Origin: Bacillota bacterium
GTDB taxonomy: Bacteria > Bacillota > Halanaerobiia > B1SED10-174
Direction: 5' to 3'
Length of the DNA stretch: 64,000 nt
Assembly: GCA_007122335.1 (NCBI GenBank)
Contig: SKTZ01000014.1
Location: forward strand, 6,170-70,169
In this document: in pieces, positions 30,387 through 41,760 of the stretch
How positions within the stretch are numbered: the first letter of the stretch is position 1
Layout: each line of letters starts with the position of its first letter
The notes under the pieces: model-generated
Told to the model about the DNA's origin: nothing
Databases searched by the model: none
What the model saw: only the letters and a program-made list of their open reading frames with translations
Translations under genes and position numbers: made by a program

Positions 30387-31442
30387 ATGAGGAGGAATAA
30401 GATGGTAACAGTTCCTTTAGTAAACGTTGTTCGCGGTCCCCTTGTTGAATCAACCCATCGAGGTGTTCTGGCCCTTGTGGACGTGGAAGGTAATGTTTTA
30501 GGCAAGCTGGGCCTTCCCGGTGGGAAATCTTATATCAGATCTTCTGCCAAACCAATTCAGGCTTTACCCCTCCTGGTTCTGGGAGCAGCAGAAAGATTTA
30601 ACCTTACAGACCGAGAACTTGCTTTAATGTGTGCTTCCCACAATGGGGAGGATATCCATGTGGAAACTGCCCGGGGAATTTTGCAGAAAGCAGGTTTAAC
30701 TGAGAAAGATCTGGAATGTGGAACCCACCTGCCTTACGATAAGGAATCAGCCCGGGCCTTAATGGCTCGAGGGGATGAAGTTTCTCCCCTATATAACAAT
30801 TGTTCTGGTAAACATGCTGGAATGCTGCTTCTCTGTCAGCACATGGGCTGGCAAACAAAAGGGTATGTCCAGGCAGAACATCCCCTCCAACAATTAATGC
30901 ATGAAACTATTGCCGAACTTTCTGAAATGGCTCCTGAGAAAGTAGATAGGGGTATTGATGGTTGTGGAGTGGTTGTTTTCGGTTTGCCGGTAGCAAAGAT
31001 GGCCTTTCTATTTGCTCGCCTTGCCAATCCCGAAAAACTTCCGCCTTCTTACCAGGAAGCAGCCCAGAGAGTGACACAGGCCATGGAGAAGGAATCCTAC
31101 ATGGTTGCAGGAAGGAACAGGCTATGTACGGATTTAATGCAGGCTACTTCCGGGAAACTAGTAGCAAAAGGAGGAGCAGAGGGAGTTTATTGTATAGGAT
31201 TGCATGGCCGGGACCAGGGACTTGCAGTTAAAATTGAGGATGGCAATAGCCGTGGTTTGGGAACAATTGTCTACCATACCCTTGATTCCCTGGGGATCTT
31301 AAATGATCAGGAAAAAGAAGCACTGGGCAAATACAGATTACCCCTAATTAAAAACCGGCGGGGCGATGAAGTAGGGAGGATTAAAGCCTGTTTTGATTCT
31401 AAAGATATCATAAAGGAGTTGCCGGAATGGACCAAGAAATAA
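30387..31442 (+). CDS. L-asparaginase II family protein (PF06089-like)
   Basis: 351-aa ORF with a VESTHRG N-terminal motif and the overall pattern of the asparaginase_II family. Assignment is from memory of the family. Confidence 0.55.
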   Translation: MRRNKMVTVPLVNVVRGPLVESTHRGVLALVDVEGNVLGKLGLPGGKSYIRSSAKPIQALPLLVLGAAERFNLTDRELALMCASHNGEDIHVETARGILQKAGLTEKDLECGTHLPYDKESARALMARGDEVSPLYNNCSGKHAGMLLLCQHMGWQTKGYVQAEHPLQQLMHETIAELSEMAPEKVDRGIDGCGVVVFGLPVAKMAFLFARLANPEKLPPSYQEAAQRVTQAMEKESYMVAGRNRLCTDLMQATSGKLVAKGGAEGVYCIGLHGRDQGLAVKIEDGNSRGLGTIVYHTLDSLGILNDQEKEALGKYRLPLIKNRRGDEVGRIKACFDSKDIIKELPEWTKK

Positions 31443-32680
31443 TAAAAGCGATAAATAACCTTGTCGAAAAATTTGCAGAAGAAACCATCTCCCTTAGAAG
31501 AGATCTTCACATGGAACCCGAACTGGGTTTTGCCGAAGAAAAAACTGCAGCCCGGGTTGCGGAAGAATTGGAGAAGATGGGTCTGGAAGTTCAGACTGGA
31601 ATTGCTAAGACAGGAGTTTTGGGCCTGCTCAGGGGAGAACAGGAGGGGCCCACAATTTTACTCCGGGCAGATATGGATGCTCTTCCTATCCAGGATAAAA
31701 AGGAAGTTCCCTATGCTTCCCGGCGGGAAGGAGTCATGCACGCCTGCGGACACGATGCCCATACGGCCATTCTTGTTGGAACGGCCAGGGTTCTAAGTGG
31801 TTTGCGTAATCACCTTAAAGGGAACATTAAGTTTCTCTTTCAACCGGCAGAAGAAGGCCCTGGAGGGGCAGCACCCATGATTGAGGAAGGAGTAATGAAA
31901 GAGCCCGAAGTCAAAGCAGCCCTGGCCCTGCATGTTGATTCTTCTTACGCCCCGGGAGAAATTGCTCTGGGAACGGGCCCGATTAACGCCAACGCTGATG
32001 AGATCAATTTGACCATAATCGGCAAAGGGGGACATGGAGCCCGACCCCACAGCACCGTTGATGCCCTGGCTGTTTCCGGGCAGGTTATTGTGGCCCTGCA
32101 GCAAATTATTAGCAGGATGGTAAACCCCTGTGAGGACATGGTGCTTACCTTTGGAAAGATTGAGGGAGGTTATCGCCGCAACGTTATCGCTGACCGGGTT
32201 AAAATGGAAGGGACCCTTCGCACAAGAAGTGATGAACTTCGTGCCGAAATGCCAGGTTTAATTGAACAGGTTTTAAATGGGGTAACTTCTGCATTTGGGG
32301 CAACCTATTCCCTGGAAATTGATCCAAGCTACCCGGCGTTAATCAATGACCCCGGTATGGCAAAAATACTCGAAGATGCGGTTGGCCAATTGAATCAGGG
32401 CTTTCATGTTAATAAAGATTTTACACCTTCTATGGGGGGAGAGGATTTTTCCTACTTTTCCCGGCTGGTCCCGTCAGTAATGTTCAGGCTTGGAACCGGT
32501 TCTGATGAGCGGACAAAATGTTCGGCCCACAACTCATTTTTCGATATTGATGAAAGCGCAATTCCAGTTGGAATGAAAATTTTTGCCTCTGCTGTTTGCA
32601 ATTACCTGGAGGGGGAATTGGATGGAAAAAATAGAAATGAGGGTGAAAAATCAAAAACAGACAGCTTTCCTGGCCAGTAG
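31427..32680 (+). CDS. M20-family amidohydrolase (aminoacylase / hippurate hydrolase-like)
   Basis: 417-aa ORF with MHACGHDAHTA and M20D dimetal-ligand motifs. It overlaps the upstream gene by 16 nt. Confidence 0.8.
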   Translation: MDQEIIKAINNLVEKFAEETISLRRDLHMEPELGFAEEKTAARVAEELEKMGLEVQTGIAKTGVLGLLRGEQEGPTILLRADMDALPIQDKKEVPYASRREGVMHACGHDAHTAILVGTARVLSGLRNHLKGNIKFLFQPAEEGPGGAAPMIEEGVMKEPEVKAALALHVDSSYAPGEIALGTGPINANADEINLTIIGKGGHGARPHSTVDALAVSGQVIVALQQIISRMVNPCEDMVLTFGKIEGGYRRNVIADRVKMEGTLRTRSDELRAEMPGLIEQVLNGVTSAFGATYSLEIDPSYPALINDPGMAKILEDAVGQLNQGFHVNKDFTPSMGGEDFSYFSRLVPSVMFRLGTGSDERTKCSAHNSFFDIDESAIPVGMKIFASAVCNYLEGELDGKNRNEGEKSKTDSFPGQ

Positions 32681-33080
32681 GATTGCTGAAAAACTTGAGG
32701 GCGGTGAAATCATATTTCTGCAGGGACAACTGGGAGCAGGGAAAACTTTCCTGGCCCGGTCAATACTAAAAGCCCTGGGCTACGAGGATGAGGTTGTTAG
32801 CCCCACTTTTATCCTGCAGTGTGAGTACCAGGCCCGTTTTCCCGTTCTGCACCTGGATCTGTATCGCCTGGAATATAGCGAAGAAATTGATGGCCTGGGG
32901 CTGGAGGAATATCTGGATCGATATGTCTGGCTGGTTGAATGGGCCGATCGGTTTCCCCAGAAACTGCCAGCCCCTGACCTGGTTATTTCCCTTTTTATTG
33001 AAGGTGAAGAAGAAAGAAAGATTGTTATGGAAGGCAAATCCTGGATAAGGAGTTTGGAAAAAGATGATTTTGGGGATTGA
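32622..33080 (+). CDS. tsaE: tRNA threonylcarbamoyladenosine biosynthesis ATPase TsaE
   Basis: P-loop GQLGAGKT and YjeE family. The ORF track starts at 32583, but the start is probably an internal ATG (32622 or 32637). It overlaps the 3' end of the M20 gene. Confidence 0.85.
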   Translation: MEKIEMRVKNQKQTAFLASRIAEKLEGGEIIFLQGQLGAGKTFLARSILKALGYEDEVVSPTFILQCEYQARFPVLHLDLYRLEYSEEIDGLGLEEYLDRYVWLVEWADRFPQKLPAPDLVISLFIEGEEERKIVMEGKSWIRSLEKDDFGD

Positions 33081-33735
33081 TACTGCAACTTCAACGGGTG
33101 TAATGGGAATTTTTCAGGGTAAAAAAGGTATAAGAGGAGAAATATCCTTCCAGGTTGAGCGTGGTCACGGTAGGATATTAAATCCCCTCCTGGATGAACT
33201 GTTTTGGCGCCTGGGATTAAAACCCGTGGATCTGACAGGAATTGTTGTTGGTCTTGGACCGGGTTCTTTTACCGGAACCAGGGTGGGAATAACCCTGGCC
33301 AGGTCTCTGGCTCTCGCTATGGATATTCCTCTCTGGGGTCTATCCACATTACAGGCCCTTGCTTTTAATTGTCCCCAGGGACAACCTGTTCTCAGCCTTC
33401 TTGATGCTCGCAACGAGAGAGTTTACTGGGGTCTTTATTCCTGGGAACAGGAAAAACCTGTTGCTATGATCAGGGACGGGGCAGGAAAGGCCAGTGATCT
33501 GGGTGCGGAAATTGAAGCTTATTGTGCCAACGTGGTCGTAGTTGGAGAATACCCCGACCATTACCTGGAAATTTTAAGGCGGGGTTTTTCGGGATCAATT
33601 TCGACTCCACCTGTTTTTAATAACCAGCTGCGGGGAGGTGCAGTGGCTTACGCCGGGTACTTGCTCAGCAAAGAAAATCCAGAAGGAGAAAGTTTGGAAA
33701 AAATTGTCCCCCGCTACATGAAAAAAGCAGTTTAA
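33064..33735 (+). CDS. tsaB: tRNA t6A biosynthesis protein TsaB
   Basis: 223-aa YeaZ-type inactive Kae1 paralogue (MILGIDTATS...GPGSFTGTRVG). Confidence 0.88.
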   Translation: MILGIDTATSTGVMGIFQGKKGIRGEISFQVERGHGRILNPLLDELFWRLGLKPVDLTGIVVGLGPGSFTGTRVGITLARSLALAMDIPLWGLSTLQALAFNCPQGQPVLSLLDARNERVYWGLYSWEQEKPVAMIRDGAGKASDLGAEIEAYCANVVVVGEYPDHYLEILRRGFSGSISTPPVFNNQLRGGAVAYAGYLLSKENPEGESLEKIVPRYMKKAV

Positions 33736-33740
33736 TTGAG

Positions 33741-34229
33741 GTGGTTAAACTGGATATTAGACTGATGAAGTTTTCTGATCTTCCCCGAATTATGGAGATT
33801 GAAAAAAAATCGTTTCGTTCCCCCTGGTCGGAGAGGCTTTTTCGTCATGAACTGTCCCGCAACCGCCGGGCCAGTTATTTGGTCTTCGAGGACCAGGATT
33901 TAATTATAGGTTATGTAGGAATGTGGTTTTTGCCCGGTGAAATCCACATTACCAGTCTGGCAGTCGCTCCAGAGTACCGCCGTAAGGGTATTGCTTCCCG
34001 GCTAATTGAAGAGGTTTATAAAGCCGCCCAGGAAAAAAAGGTTTATCGAATTACACTGGAGGTAAGAGCCTCCAATAAAGTAGCACGTCAACTGTACAAA
34101 AAAGAAGGCTTTGCGGAAACGGGAATTAAACCCTGTTATTACAGTGATAACCGGGAAGACGCTGTAATAATGACCAGGAAATTGGAAGGAGGCGGAGATA
34201 ATGGGCACGGATTTAATTTTAGGAATTGA
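33741..34229 (+). CDS. rimI: ribosomal-protein-alanine N-acetyltransferase
   Basis: GNAT fold (acetyl-CoA motif RRKGIASRLI). Conserved position between tsaB and tsaD. Confidence 0.85.
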   Translation: MVKLDIRLMKFSDLPRIMEIEKKSFRSPWSERLFRHELSRNRRASYLVFEDQDLIIGYVGMWFLPGEIHITSLAVAPEYRRKGIASRLIEEVYKAAQEKKVYRITLEVRASNKVARQLYKKEGFAETGIKPCYYSDNREDAVIMTRKLEGGGDNGHGFNFRN

Positions 34230-35211
34230 AACCTCCTGTGATGAAACTTCGGCTGCTGTAGTGGATAAAGGAAGATATGTGAAGAGCAATATAATTGCTT
34301 CTCAGATTAACCTGCACCGGGAATTTGGTGGTGTAGTTCCTGAACTGGCTTCTCGAAAACACCTGGAATTATTGGATCGGGTGATAAAAAGAGCTCTGGA
34401 AAAAGCGGAAGTCAACTTCTCGGATCTGCAGGGAATAGCAGTAACCTACGGTCCTGGTCTGGTAGGCAGTTTACTGATAGGGATTGTTGCTGCCAAAACC
34501 CTCTCCTGGGCCCTGGGTTTGCCTCTGATAGGAGTTAACCATATTCTGGGCCATATCTACTCCAATCTTCTGGAACACCCGGAACTAAAGCCTCCTCTGC
34601 TTTGTCTTACGGTATCAGGGGGTCATACCGACCTTTTATATACTGAAGAATGGGGCCAGTATCAAATTCTGGGAAGAACCAGGGATGATGCTGCCGGGGA
34701 ATCTTTTGATAAGGTTGCACGCTTCCTTGGCCTGGGTTACCCGGGAGGGCCTGCTATTGAAAGAATTGCCGAAACAGGAAATTCCGAAAGATTTCCTCTC
34801 CCCAGGCCAGATCTGGGTGAGGACAGGTATGGTTTTTCTTTTAGTGGTTTAAAAACTGCTGTCATCAACCTGGCTCACAACCTTGAACAGAGAGAGGGAA
34901 ATATTCCTGAAGCAGATATAGCCGCTTCGTTTCAAAAGACGGTTGTTGATATTCTCCTGGAAAGGGTTGAAAGGGCCTTAAAGGATTTTCCTGTGGACAA
35001 GGTCCTTCTTGCAGGGGGCGTTGCTGCAAATAAGTATCTGCGCAGGCGCCTGGAAGAAATGCTAAAAGAGAAAAGGGCCAGTCTGTACTACCCATCACTT
35101 GAATACTGTACCGATAATGCTGCAATGATTGCAGGGGCTGGTTACTTCCTGCTAAAACAGGGAAAAACCAGCATGCTGGATTTAGACGCCCATCCGCAAT
35201 TGAAATTATAG
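34201..35211 (+). CDS. tsaD: tRNA N6-adenosine threonylcarbamoyltransferase
   Basis: 336-aa Kae1/Gcp (GIETSCDETS..., HILGHIY metal site). Confidence 0.93.
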   Translation: MGTDLILGIETSCDETSAAVVDKGRYVKSNIIASQINLHREFGGVVPELASRKHLELLDRVIKRALEKAEVNFSDLQGIAVTYGPGLVGSLLIGIVAAKTLSWALGLPLIGVNHILGHIYSNLLEHPELKPPLLCLTVSGGHTDLLYTEEWGQYQILGRTRDDAAGESFDKVARFLGLGYPGGPAIERIAETGNSERFPLPRPDLGEDRYGFSFSGLKTAVINLAHNLEQREGNIPEADIAASFQKTVVDILLERVERALKDFPVDKVLLAGGVAANKYLRRRLEEMLKEKRASLYYPSLEYCTDNAAMIAGAGYFLLKQGKTSMLDLDAHPQLKL

Positions 35212-35238
35212 CCTGTGAGTTTTTTCGCACTGGCGAAT

Positions 35239-35415
35239 TGTGGAAAATGTGGAAAAACCCTTTCCTCCTCATGCCGGGAAGGGTTTTTCTGTGGACATAA
35301 AAAGGTAAAAAATGTAATCGGAAATGGAAATTTTAAGAAAACCTGTGGATAAGTTCGATGGTTTTCGGCCTTCAGGTGATCTAAGTGTGGATAAGTCTGT
35401 GGATACTGTGGATAT
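35239..35415 (+). promoter_or_regulatory. cluster of DnaA boxes (7 same-orientation TGTGGAnAA motifs)
   Basis: There are two perfect reverse-complement DnaA boxes TGTGGATAA (35344-35352, 35386-35394). Two tandem one-mismatch boxes are TGTGGATAC (35398-35406) and TGTGGATAT (35407-35415). Further one- or two-mismatch boxes are TGTGGAAAA (35239-35247, 35248-35256) and TGTGGACAT (35290-35298). The cluster lies between tsaD (gcp) and the next gene. Confidence 0.75.
35256..35290 (+). terminator. rho-independent terminator after tsaD
   Basis: AAAAACCCTTTCC-loop-GGAAGGGTTTTTCT. The stem is slightly imperfect. Confidence 0.7.
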
Positions 35416-35430
35416 AGGAGGAGGCGGGAA

Positions 35431-36750
35431 ATGATAAAAAAATGGGAACAGTTAATCGTGGAAAGTTATAGCAGAGATAATATCCTCCATCTGACCTCTA
35501 TATGTACCCAGAAATGTGTCTTTTGCAGCCACCGATTCAACCCTCCTGAAATAGAAGTTTTTTCTCCTGGCCACCTGCCTTTGCCTTTTATTAAGGAGAT
35601 GATGGATTTTTTAGATCCCGGGAGAACGGTCAGGACGGGAGAATCTGTAAGCAGAGTAATTGAAGGAGAACCCTTCTGTCATCCTGATTTTTTCGAGATT
35701 ATAGAGTTATTCCGATCCTGCTATCCGGATACTCCCCTGGAAATTGTAACCGGAGGGGATCGGCTGGACGAGGATAAGATAAAACGGCTTGCAGAACTTA
35801 AACCCTTGAGTTTAAAATTTTCGCTTAATCTGGTTGACCCAATTTTGAGAGGGAGGTTTCTTTCGGCAAAAAAAGAAAAAATTGAGCCAGTTTTAAACAG
35901 CCTGCAGATTGAGGGAATCCCCTATTCAGTAACTGCTGTTGCTATTCCACATTTAACCGGGTGGGAGGCCCTTGATAAAACCATTAACCTTGCTTCAAGG
36001 TATGGGCCTGAAGATATTACAGTTTACCGCCCCGCATTTTCCGGGAAAGCTCCAGGGAATTTAATCCCTGCTCCAGCCCAGGATGAGGAACTGGAAAAAC
36101 ACCTTGAAGCTCTATCGGCTCAAATTAAAACCCCACTTTTGCTTGAACCTGCCAGGCTTTACGATTTTATTCCCAGAGTTGTTGGGGTTCGGGAACAAAG
36201 TCCTGCTGGGAAAGCTGGACTACAAACTGGAGATGTTATTGTTTCTGTAGACGGAGTAAAACCCTGGTCCCGAGTAGAAGCACATCTTGCCCTGAACAAG
36301 GCGGGAGGAAAAAGGCTTTTGATCCAGAGAGCGGGAAAAGAAAAGGAATTATTTTTGCAGAATGGAAGTAATTCCTGCAGTGGAGCAATTTTCTATCGGG
36401 ATATCGATTTCAGGATTATCGAGGAAATAAAGGAAACTGGAGCAAGAGAAAAAGTTGGTGTTGTAACATCTTATGGAGCTTTTCCCCTTTTACAGGGGGG
36501 TTTATCGGGAAGTGAAATCGAATTATTTCCAGTTGCCAATAGAGGATTTGGCGGGAATTTGAATTCTGCAGGCCTTTTGGGGGTTAGAGATATTCTTCAG
36601 CAAGCCGGAAAAGCTTTTGTGGAGAAAGAACTGGAGAAAATAATCCTTCCGGGGGTTATGTTTGATAGGCGGGGTCGAGACCTCTGGGGTCTAAATATTA
36701 CTGAGCTTGAAGAAAGGGTTGGCATTCCCTGTTTGGAATTTTCTGGTTGA
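35431..36750 (+). CDS. DUF512-type protein: radical SAM-like N-terminal domain + PDZ domain
   Basis: 439-aa ORF with CTQKCVFC (CxxxCxxC) near the N-terminus and a PDZ-like segment (GVREQSPAGKAGLQTGDVIVSVDG). Confidence 0.6.
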   Translation: MIKKWEQLIVESYSRDNILHLTSICTQKCVFCSHRFNPPEIEVFSPGHLPLPFIKEMMDFLDPGRTVRTGESVSRVIEGEPFCHPDFFEIIELFRSCYPDTPLEIVTGGDRLDEDKIKRLAELKPLSLKFSLNLVDPILRGRFLSAKKEKIEPVLNSLQIEGIPYSVTAVAIPHLTGWEALDKTINLASRYGPEDITVYRPAFSGKAPGNLIPAPAQDEELEKHLEALSAQIKTPLLLEPARLYDFIPRVVGVREQSPAGKAGLQTGDVIVSVDGVKPWSRVEAHLALNKAGGKRLLIQRAGKEKELFLQNGSNSCSGAIFYRDIDFRIIEEIKETGAREKVGVVTSYGAFPLLQGGLSGSEIELFPVANRGFGGNLNSAGLLGVRDILQQAGKAFVEKELEKIILPGVMFDRRGRDLWGLNITELEERVGIPCLEFSG

Positions 36751-36902
36751 GATATTTGATGGGGAAATAAAAATAATAACTATTTGAAGAAAAAAGAAGC
36801 TTATCTTTGTTTTTTAGATTTAAACAACGTAGATAGCCAAATTTTGCCTGTGGAAGTGTTTGATTTTAATTGCTTTCTTGATTATTATAATCTGTGTGAA
36901 CA

Positions 36903-36929
36903 TTAGCACTCGGCTAAGATGAGTGCTAA
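36903..36929 (+). promoter_or_regulatory. CIRCE operator (HrcA binding site)
   Basis: Perfect inverted repeat TTAGCACTC-N9-GAGTGCTAA, about 40 nt upstream of groES. A TATAAT -10 at 36886-36891 is just upstream. Confidence 0.95.
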
Positions 36930-36966
36930 CAATTTTATACTAATTATTTTTAAAGGGGGTATTGTA

Positions 36967-37257
36967 GTGAACATAAAGCCATTGGGTGATCGCGTGGTCA
37001 TCAAGCCCATAGAAAAAGAGGAGATGACCAAGAGCGGGATCGTTCTCCCTGATACTGCAAAGGAAAAGCCGCAGGAAGGGGAAGTAATCGCTATTGGTGA
37101 AGGTCGCATGCTTGAGAACGGAGAAAAGGTTGACCTTAGCGTAAAAGTAGGAGATAAAGTAATCTATGCAAAATACGCAGGGACCGAATTAAAAAGAGAT
37201 GACCAGGAATATCTGATTATCAGTGAAAAAGATATTCTGGCCATAGTAAACGACTAA
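36967..37257 (+). CDS. groES: co-chaperonin GroES
   Basis: The ORF track starts at 36919 (spurious extension). GTG 36967, after an AAAGGGGG ribosome-binding site, gives the canonical 96-aa [19 protein letters not shown]... GroES. Confidence 0.93.
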   Translation: MNIKPLGDRVVIKPIEKEEMTKSGIVLPDTAKEKPQEGEVIAIGEGRMLENGEKVDLSVKVGDKVIYAKYAGTELKRDDQEYLIISEKDILAIVND

Positions 37258-37274
37258 AAAAAATGGGGAGGTAG

Positions 37275-38906
<1,632 letters not shown>

Positions 38907-38956
38907 AAAACTTACCCTCTTGTTAAAAGAGGGTTAGAAAATAAAAGATAACTATA

Positions 38957-38986
38957 AGCCCCGCCTTGAGCGGGGTTTATAGTTTT
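38957..38986 (+). terminator. rho-independent terminator after groEL
   Basis: AGCCCCGC-CTTGAG-CGGGGTTT followed by ATAGTTTT. An upstream hairpin at 38914-38934 lacks a T-tract. Confidence 0.7.
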
Positions 38987-39163
38987 CACCTCAAAAAAAT
39001 TGCGACTCTCAAAATGGCTAAAATAGAGGAGTTTTTAAAATTTTACAGAAGAAAAGATTTAGCAGGAAATCTGCTTTGATTTCTTAACAAATTGGGGCTT
39101 TGCAGGAGGAACTTCCAATAAAAAGTTGAAATTTCTGGGTGCAAAGAAAAATGAGGTGAAAAA

Positions 39164-40156
39164 ATGTGGCAAAAAAATTTCCCAAAAATTAAACTCACAA
39201 CAACACCTACTCCTCTGGAGAAAATGGAGCGTTTGAGTAAGGACCTGAAAGGTGTGGAGATATATATGAAAAGAGATGACCTTACAGGCCTTGCTTTTGG
39301 TGGCAATAAGGCTCGCAAGCTGGAATTTCTTCTGGGAGAAGGGCAGGAAAAAGGATCCAGAACAGTTATTACCCAGGGAGGGGCTCAGTCCAACCATGCC
39401 CGGATGACTGCAGCAGCAGCAGCCAAACTGGGCTGGGAAGCAGTCCTGGTTCTGGCAGGCCACCCTCCTCAGAATGAGCAGGGCAATGTCCTGATTGACA
39501 CTCTTCTGGGAGCCAAAATTATCTGGACTGGGGGAGAAAAGAGAAGTGAGGTAGTTAAAAGAGAAATAGAAAGTTTAAAAAAGGAAGAAAAGAAGGTTTG
39601 CAATATTCCCACAGGAGGCTCAACTCCTCTTGGTTCTCTTGGATATTTGCAGGCTGCAGAAGAGATTTATAACCAGGAGAAGGATTTGGGGGTAAATTTT
39701 GATTATATTGTTGCTCCAGTTGGCTCCGGAGGAACCCACGCCGGCTTGCTTTTTGGTAAATATATGTATGGGTTAAAGGCGAAAATAATGGGGGTCGCTG
39801 CCGATGATCAGGATTTTTCACCGGTTATCGGTGACCTTTTCCGGGGTATTGCAGAACTTACAGGAATAGCTTATCAAAGAGAAGAGGGAGACCTGATTTT
39901 GACCCAGGACTATGTTGGCCCTGGGTATGGAGAAGTTGACGAACCGACCCTCAAGGCGGTTAAATATCTGGCCCTGCAAGAAGGAATTATTGTTGGCCCG
40001 GTTTATACCGGAAAAGCCCTGGCCGGAGTTCTGGATCTGGCCTTAAAAGGATTTTTTCCACAGGGTAGCAAGGTTCTTTTTATTCACACCGGGGGAAATC
40101 CGGAGATTTTCGCTTATAATCAGGAATTGGGAGGACAGAAAAATGCTATCCAATGA
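39164..40156 (+). CDS. dcyD: PLP-dependent D-cysteine desulfhydrase / ACC deaminase family protein
   Basis: 330-aa ORF with [11 protein letters not shown] (PLP Lys) and the fold-type-II family pattern. Confidence 0.8.
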   Translation: MWQKNFPKIKLTTTPTPLEKMERLSKDLKGVEIYMKRDDLTGLAFGGNKARKLEFLLGEGQEKGSRTVITQGGAQSNHARMTAAAAAKLGWEAVLVLAGHPPQNEQGNVLIDTLLGAKIIWTGGEKRSEVVKREIESLKKEEKKVCNIPTGGSTPLGSLGYLQAAEEIYNQEKDLGVNFDYIVAPVGSGGTHAGLLFGKYMYGLKAKIMGVAADDQDFSPVIGDLFRGIAELTGIAYQREEGDLILTQDYVGPGYGEVDEPTLKAVKYLALQEGIIVGPVYTGKALAGVLDLALKGFFPQGSKVLFIHTGGNPEIFAYNQELGGQKNAIQ

Positions 40157-41681
40157 AACAGTTGTAGTAATTGACTTTGGGGCCCAGTATAATCAATTGA
40201 TTGTCCGCCGGATCCGGGAAGCCAATGTTTTTGCCCGGCTTTTACCTCATAATACTCCTGTTGAAGAAATAAGAAAAATTAACCCCAAGGCAATTATTCT
40301 TTCCGGTGGTCCCAACAGTGTATATTCGCCGGGAGCCCCCCGGGTTGACCAGCGAATTTTTAATGAGGGAGTTCCGATTTTAGGGATTTGTTATGGAATG
40401 CAATTAATGGCCTATCAGTTAGGAGGAAGAGTCCGGAGGTCTGAGAAAAGGGAATATGGGCCAGCTTATTTAGAAATTCTCAAAGATTCTCCTCTCTTTG
40501 CTGGTACAAAAAAAGGGCTCGATGTCTGGATGAGCCATGGTGACCAGGTGCTCTCCCTTCCCCAGGGTTTTAAACCCATCGGGCGAACGGAAAATACTTC
40601 CCTGGCTGCAGTAGGAGATGCTGAAAGAAATTTTTACGGGGTTCAATTCCACCCCGAGGTAGCCCACACGCCCGAGGGCCAGAAAATAATAACCAATTTT
40701 TTATTTGAAATCGCGGGTTGTTCAGGAGACTGGACTGAAGAAAATATAATAGGGGAAAAAATTACAGCCATCAAAGAACGGGTAAAAAACGGAATTGCCA
40801 TTTGCGGTTTGTCAGGAGGTGTGGATTCTGCTGTTGCCGCACGCCTGGTGCAAAAAGCCATTGGAGATCGATTATACTGCATTTTCATTAATCATGGTTT
40901 ATTGAGAGCAGATGAGGCCGAAGAAATTGAAGAAACCTTTAACCGGGAGTTCCAGGCCAAACTAATTGTGGTTGATGCCCGGAAAAGGTTTTTGGACAAG
41001 CTCGCCGGGGTAAAAGATCCTGAAGAAAAGCGCCGGGTTATTGGCCACGAATTTATTGCTGTTTTTGAAGAAGAAGCAGCAAAATTGCCTGACGCAGATT
41101 TCCTGGTTCAGGGGACAGTCTATTCCGATGTTATCGAGAGTGGTTTCGGGGAAGCTTCCCGGATTAAATCTCATCATAACGTGGGGGGCCTTCCGGATCG
41201 GATGAACCTCAATCTTGTGGAGCCCCTGCGGGAACTCTTTAAAGATGAAGTCCGTAGAATTGGAGATATGCTTGGTTTGCCTCCATCCCTTGTCTGGCGC
41301 CAACCATTCCCCGGTCCCGGTCTGGCGGTAAGGATAATAGGAGAAATTACTGAAGAAAGGCTGGAAACTGTTAGACTTGCTGATCAGATTCTTCGCCAGG
41401 AAATAAAAAAGGCCGGACTGGAAAGAGAAGTCTGGCAGGCATTTGCAGTCCTGCCCGGTGAACTGCGCAGTGTGGGGGTAATGGGGGATGAAAGAACCTA
41501 CGGGTCAGCAGTAGTTTTGCGGGCAGTAACCAGTGAAGATGCCATGACTGCGGACTGGGCCAGGTTACCCTATGAAGTTTTGGACCGGGTTTCGGGACGT
41601 ATCACCAATGAGGTAGAGAGGGTTAATCGGGTTGTTTATGATATTACCTCAAAACCTCCGGGAACCATTGAGTGGGAGTAG
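40143..41681 (+). CDS. guaA: GMP synthase (glutamine-hydrolysing)
   Basis: 512-aa ORF with GATase (GICYGMQ) and ATP-PPase (SGGVDS) motifs, ending ...TIEWE. Confidence 0.95.
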   Translation: MLSNETVVVIDFGAQYNQLIVRRIREANVFARLLPHNTPVEEIRKINPKAIILSGGPNSVYSPGAPRVDQRIFNEGVPILGICYGMQLMAYQLGGRVRRSEKREYGPAYLEILKDSPLFAGTKKGLDVWMSHGDQVLSLPQGFKPIGRTENTSLAAVGDAERNFYGVQFHPEVAHTPEGQKIITNFLFEIAGCSGDWTEENIIGEKITAIKERVKNGIAICGLSGGVDSAVAARLVQKAIGDRLYCIFINHGLLRADEAEEIEETFNREFQAKLIVVDARKRFLDKLAGVKDPEEKRRVIGHEFIAVFEEEAAKLPDADFLVQGTVYSDVIESGFGEASRIKSHHNVGGLPDRMNLNLVEPLRELFKDEVRRIGDMLGLPPSLVWRQPFPGPGLAVRIIGEITEERLETVRLADQILRQEIKKAGLEREVWQAFAVLPGELRSVGVMGDERTYGSAVVLRAVTSEDAMTADWARLPYEVLDRVSGRITNEVERVNRVVYDITSKPPGTIEWE

Positions 41682-41760
41682 GATAACCCCAAATCCTTCT
41701 TTTGTTTAAAGAAGGATTGTTTAAAAGGAAAGAGAATAACTAAAAGAGGAGACCTTAAAT

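Noticed and set aside
35239-35415. DnaA-box cluster as the chromosomal origin (oriC)
   Set aside because: There is no dnaA, dnaN or rpmH nearby and no adjacent AT-rich unwinding element. The location matches the known non-origin DBC downstream of gcp in Bacillus.
36919-36966. N-terminal extension of groES ORF ([16 protein letters not shown])
   Set aside because: The extension runs through the CIRCE operator and has no ribosome-binding site. GTG 36967 with an AAAGGGGG ribosome-binding site gives canonical GroES.
38914-38934. Hairpin ACCCTCTT-GTTAAAA-GAGGGT after groEL
   Set aside because: It has no following T-tract. The true terminator is the second hairpin at 38957-38986.
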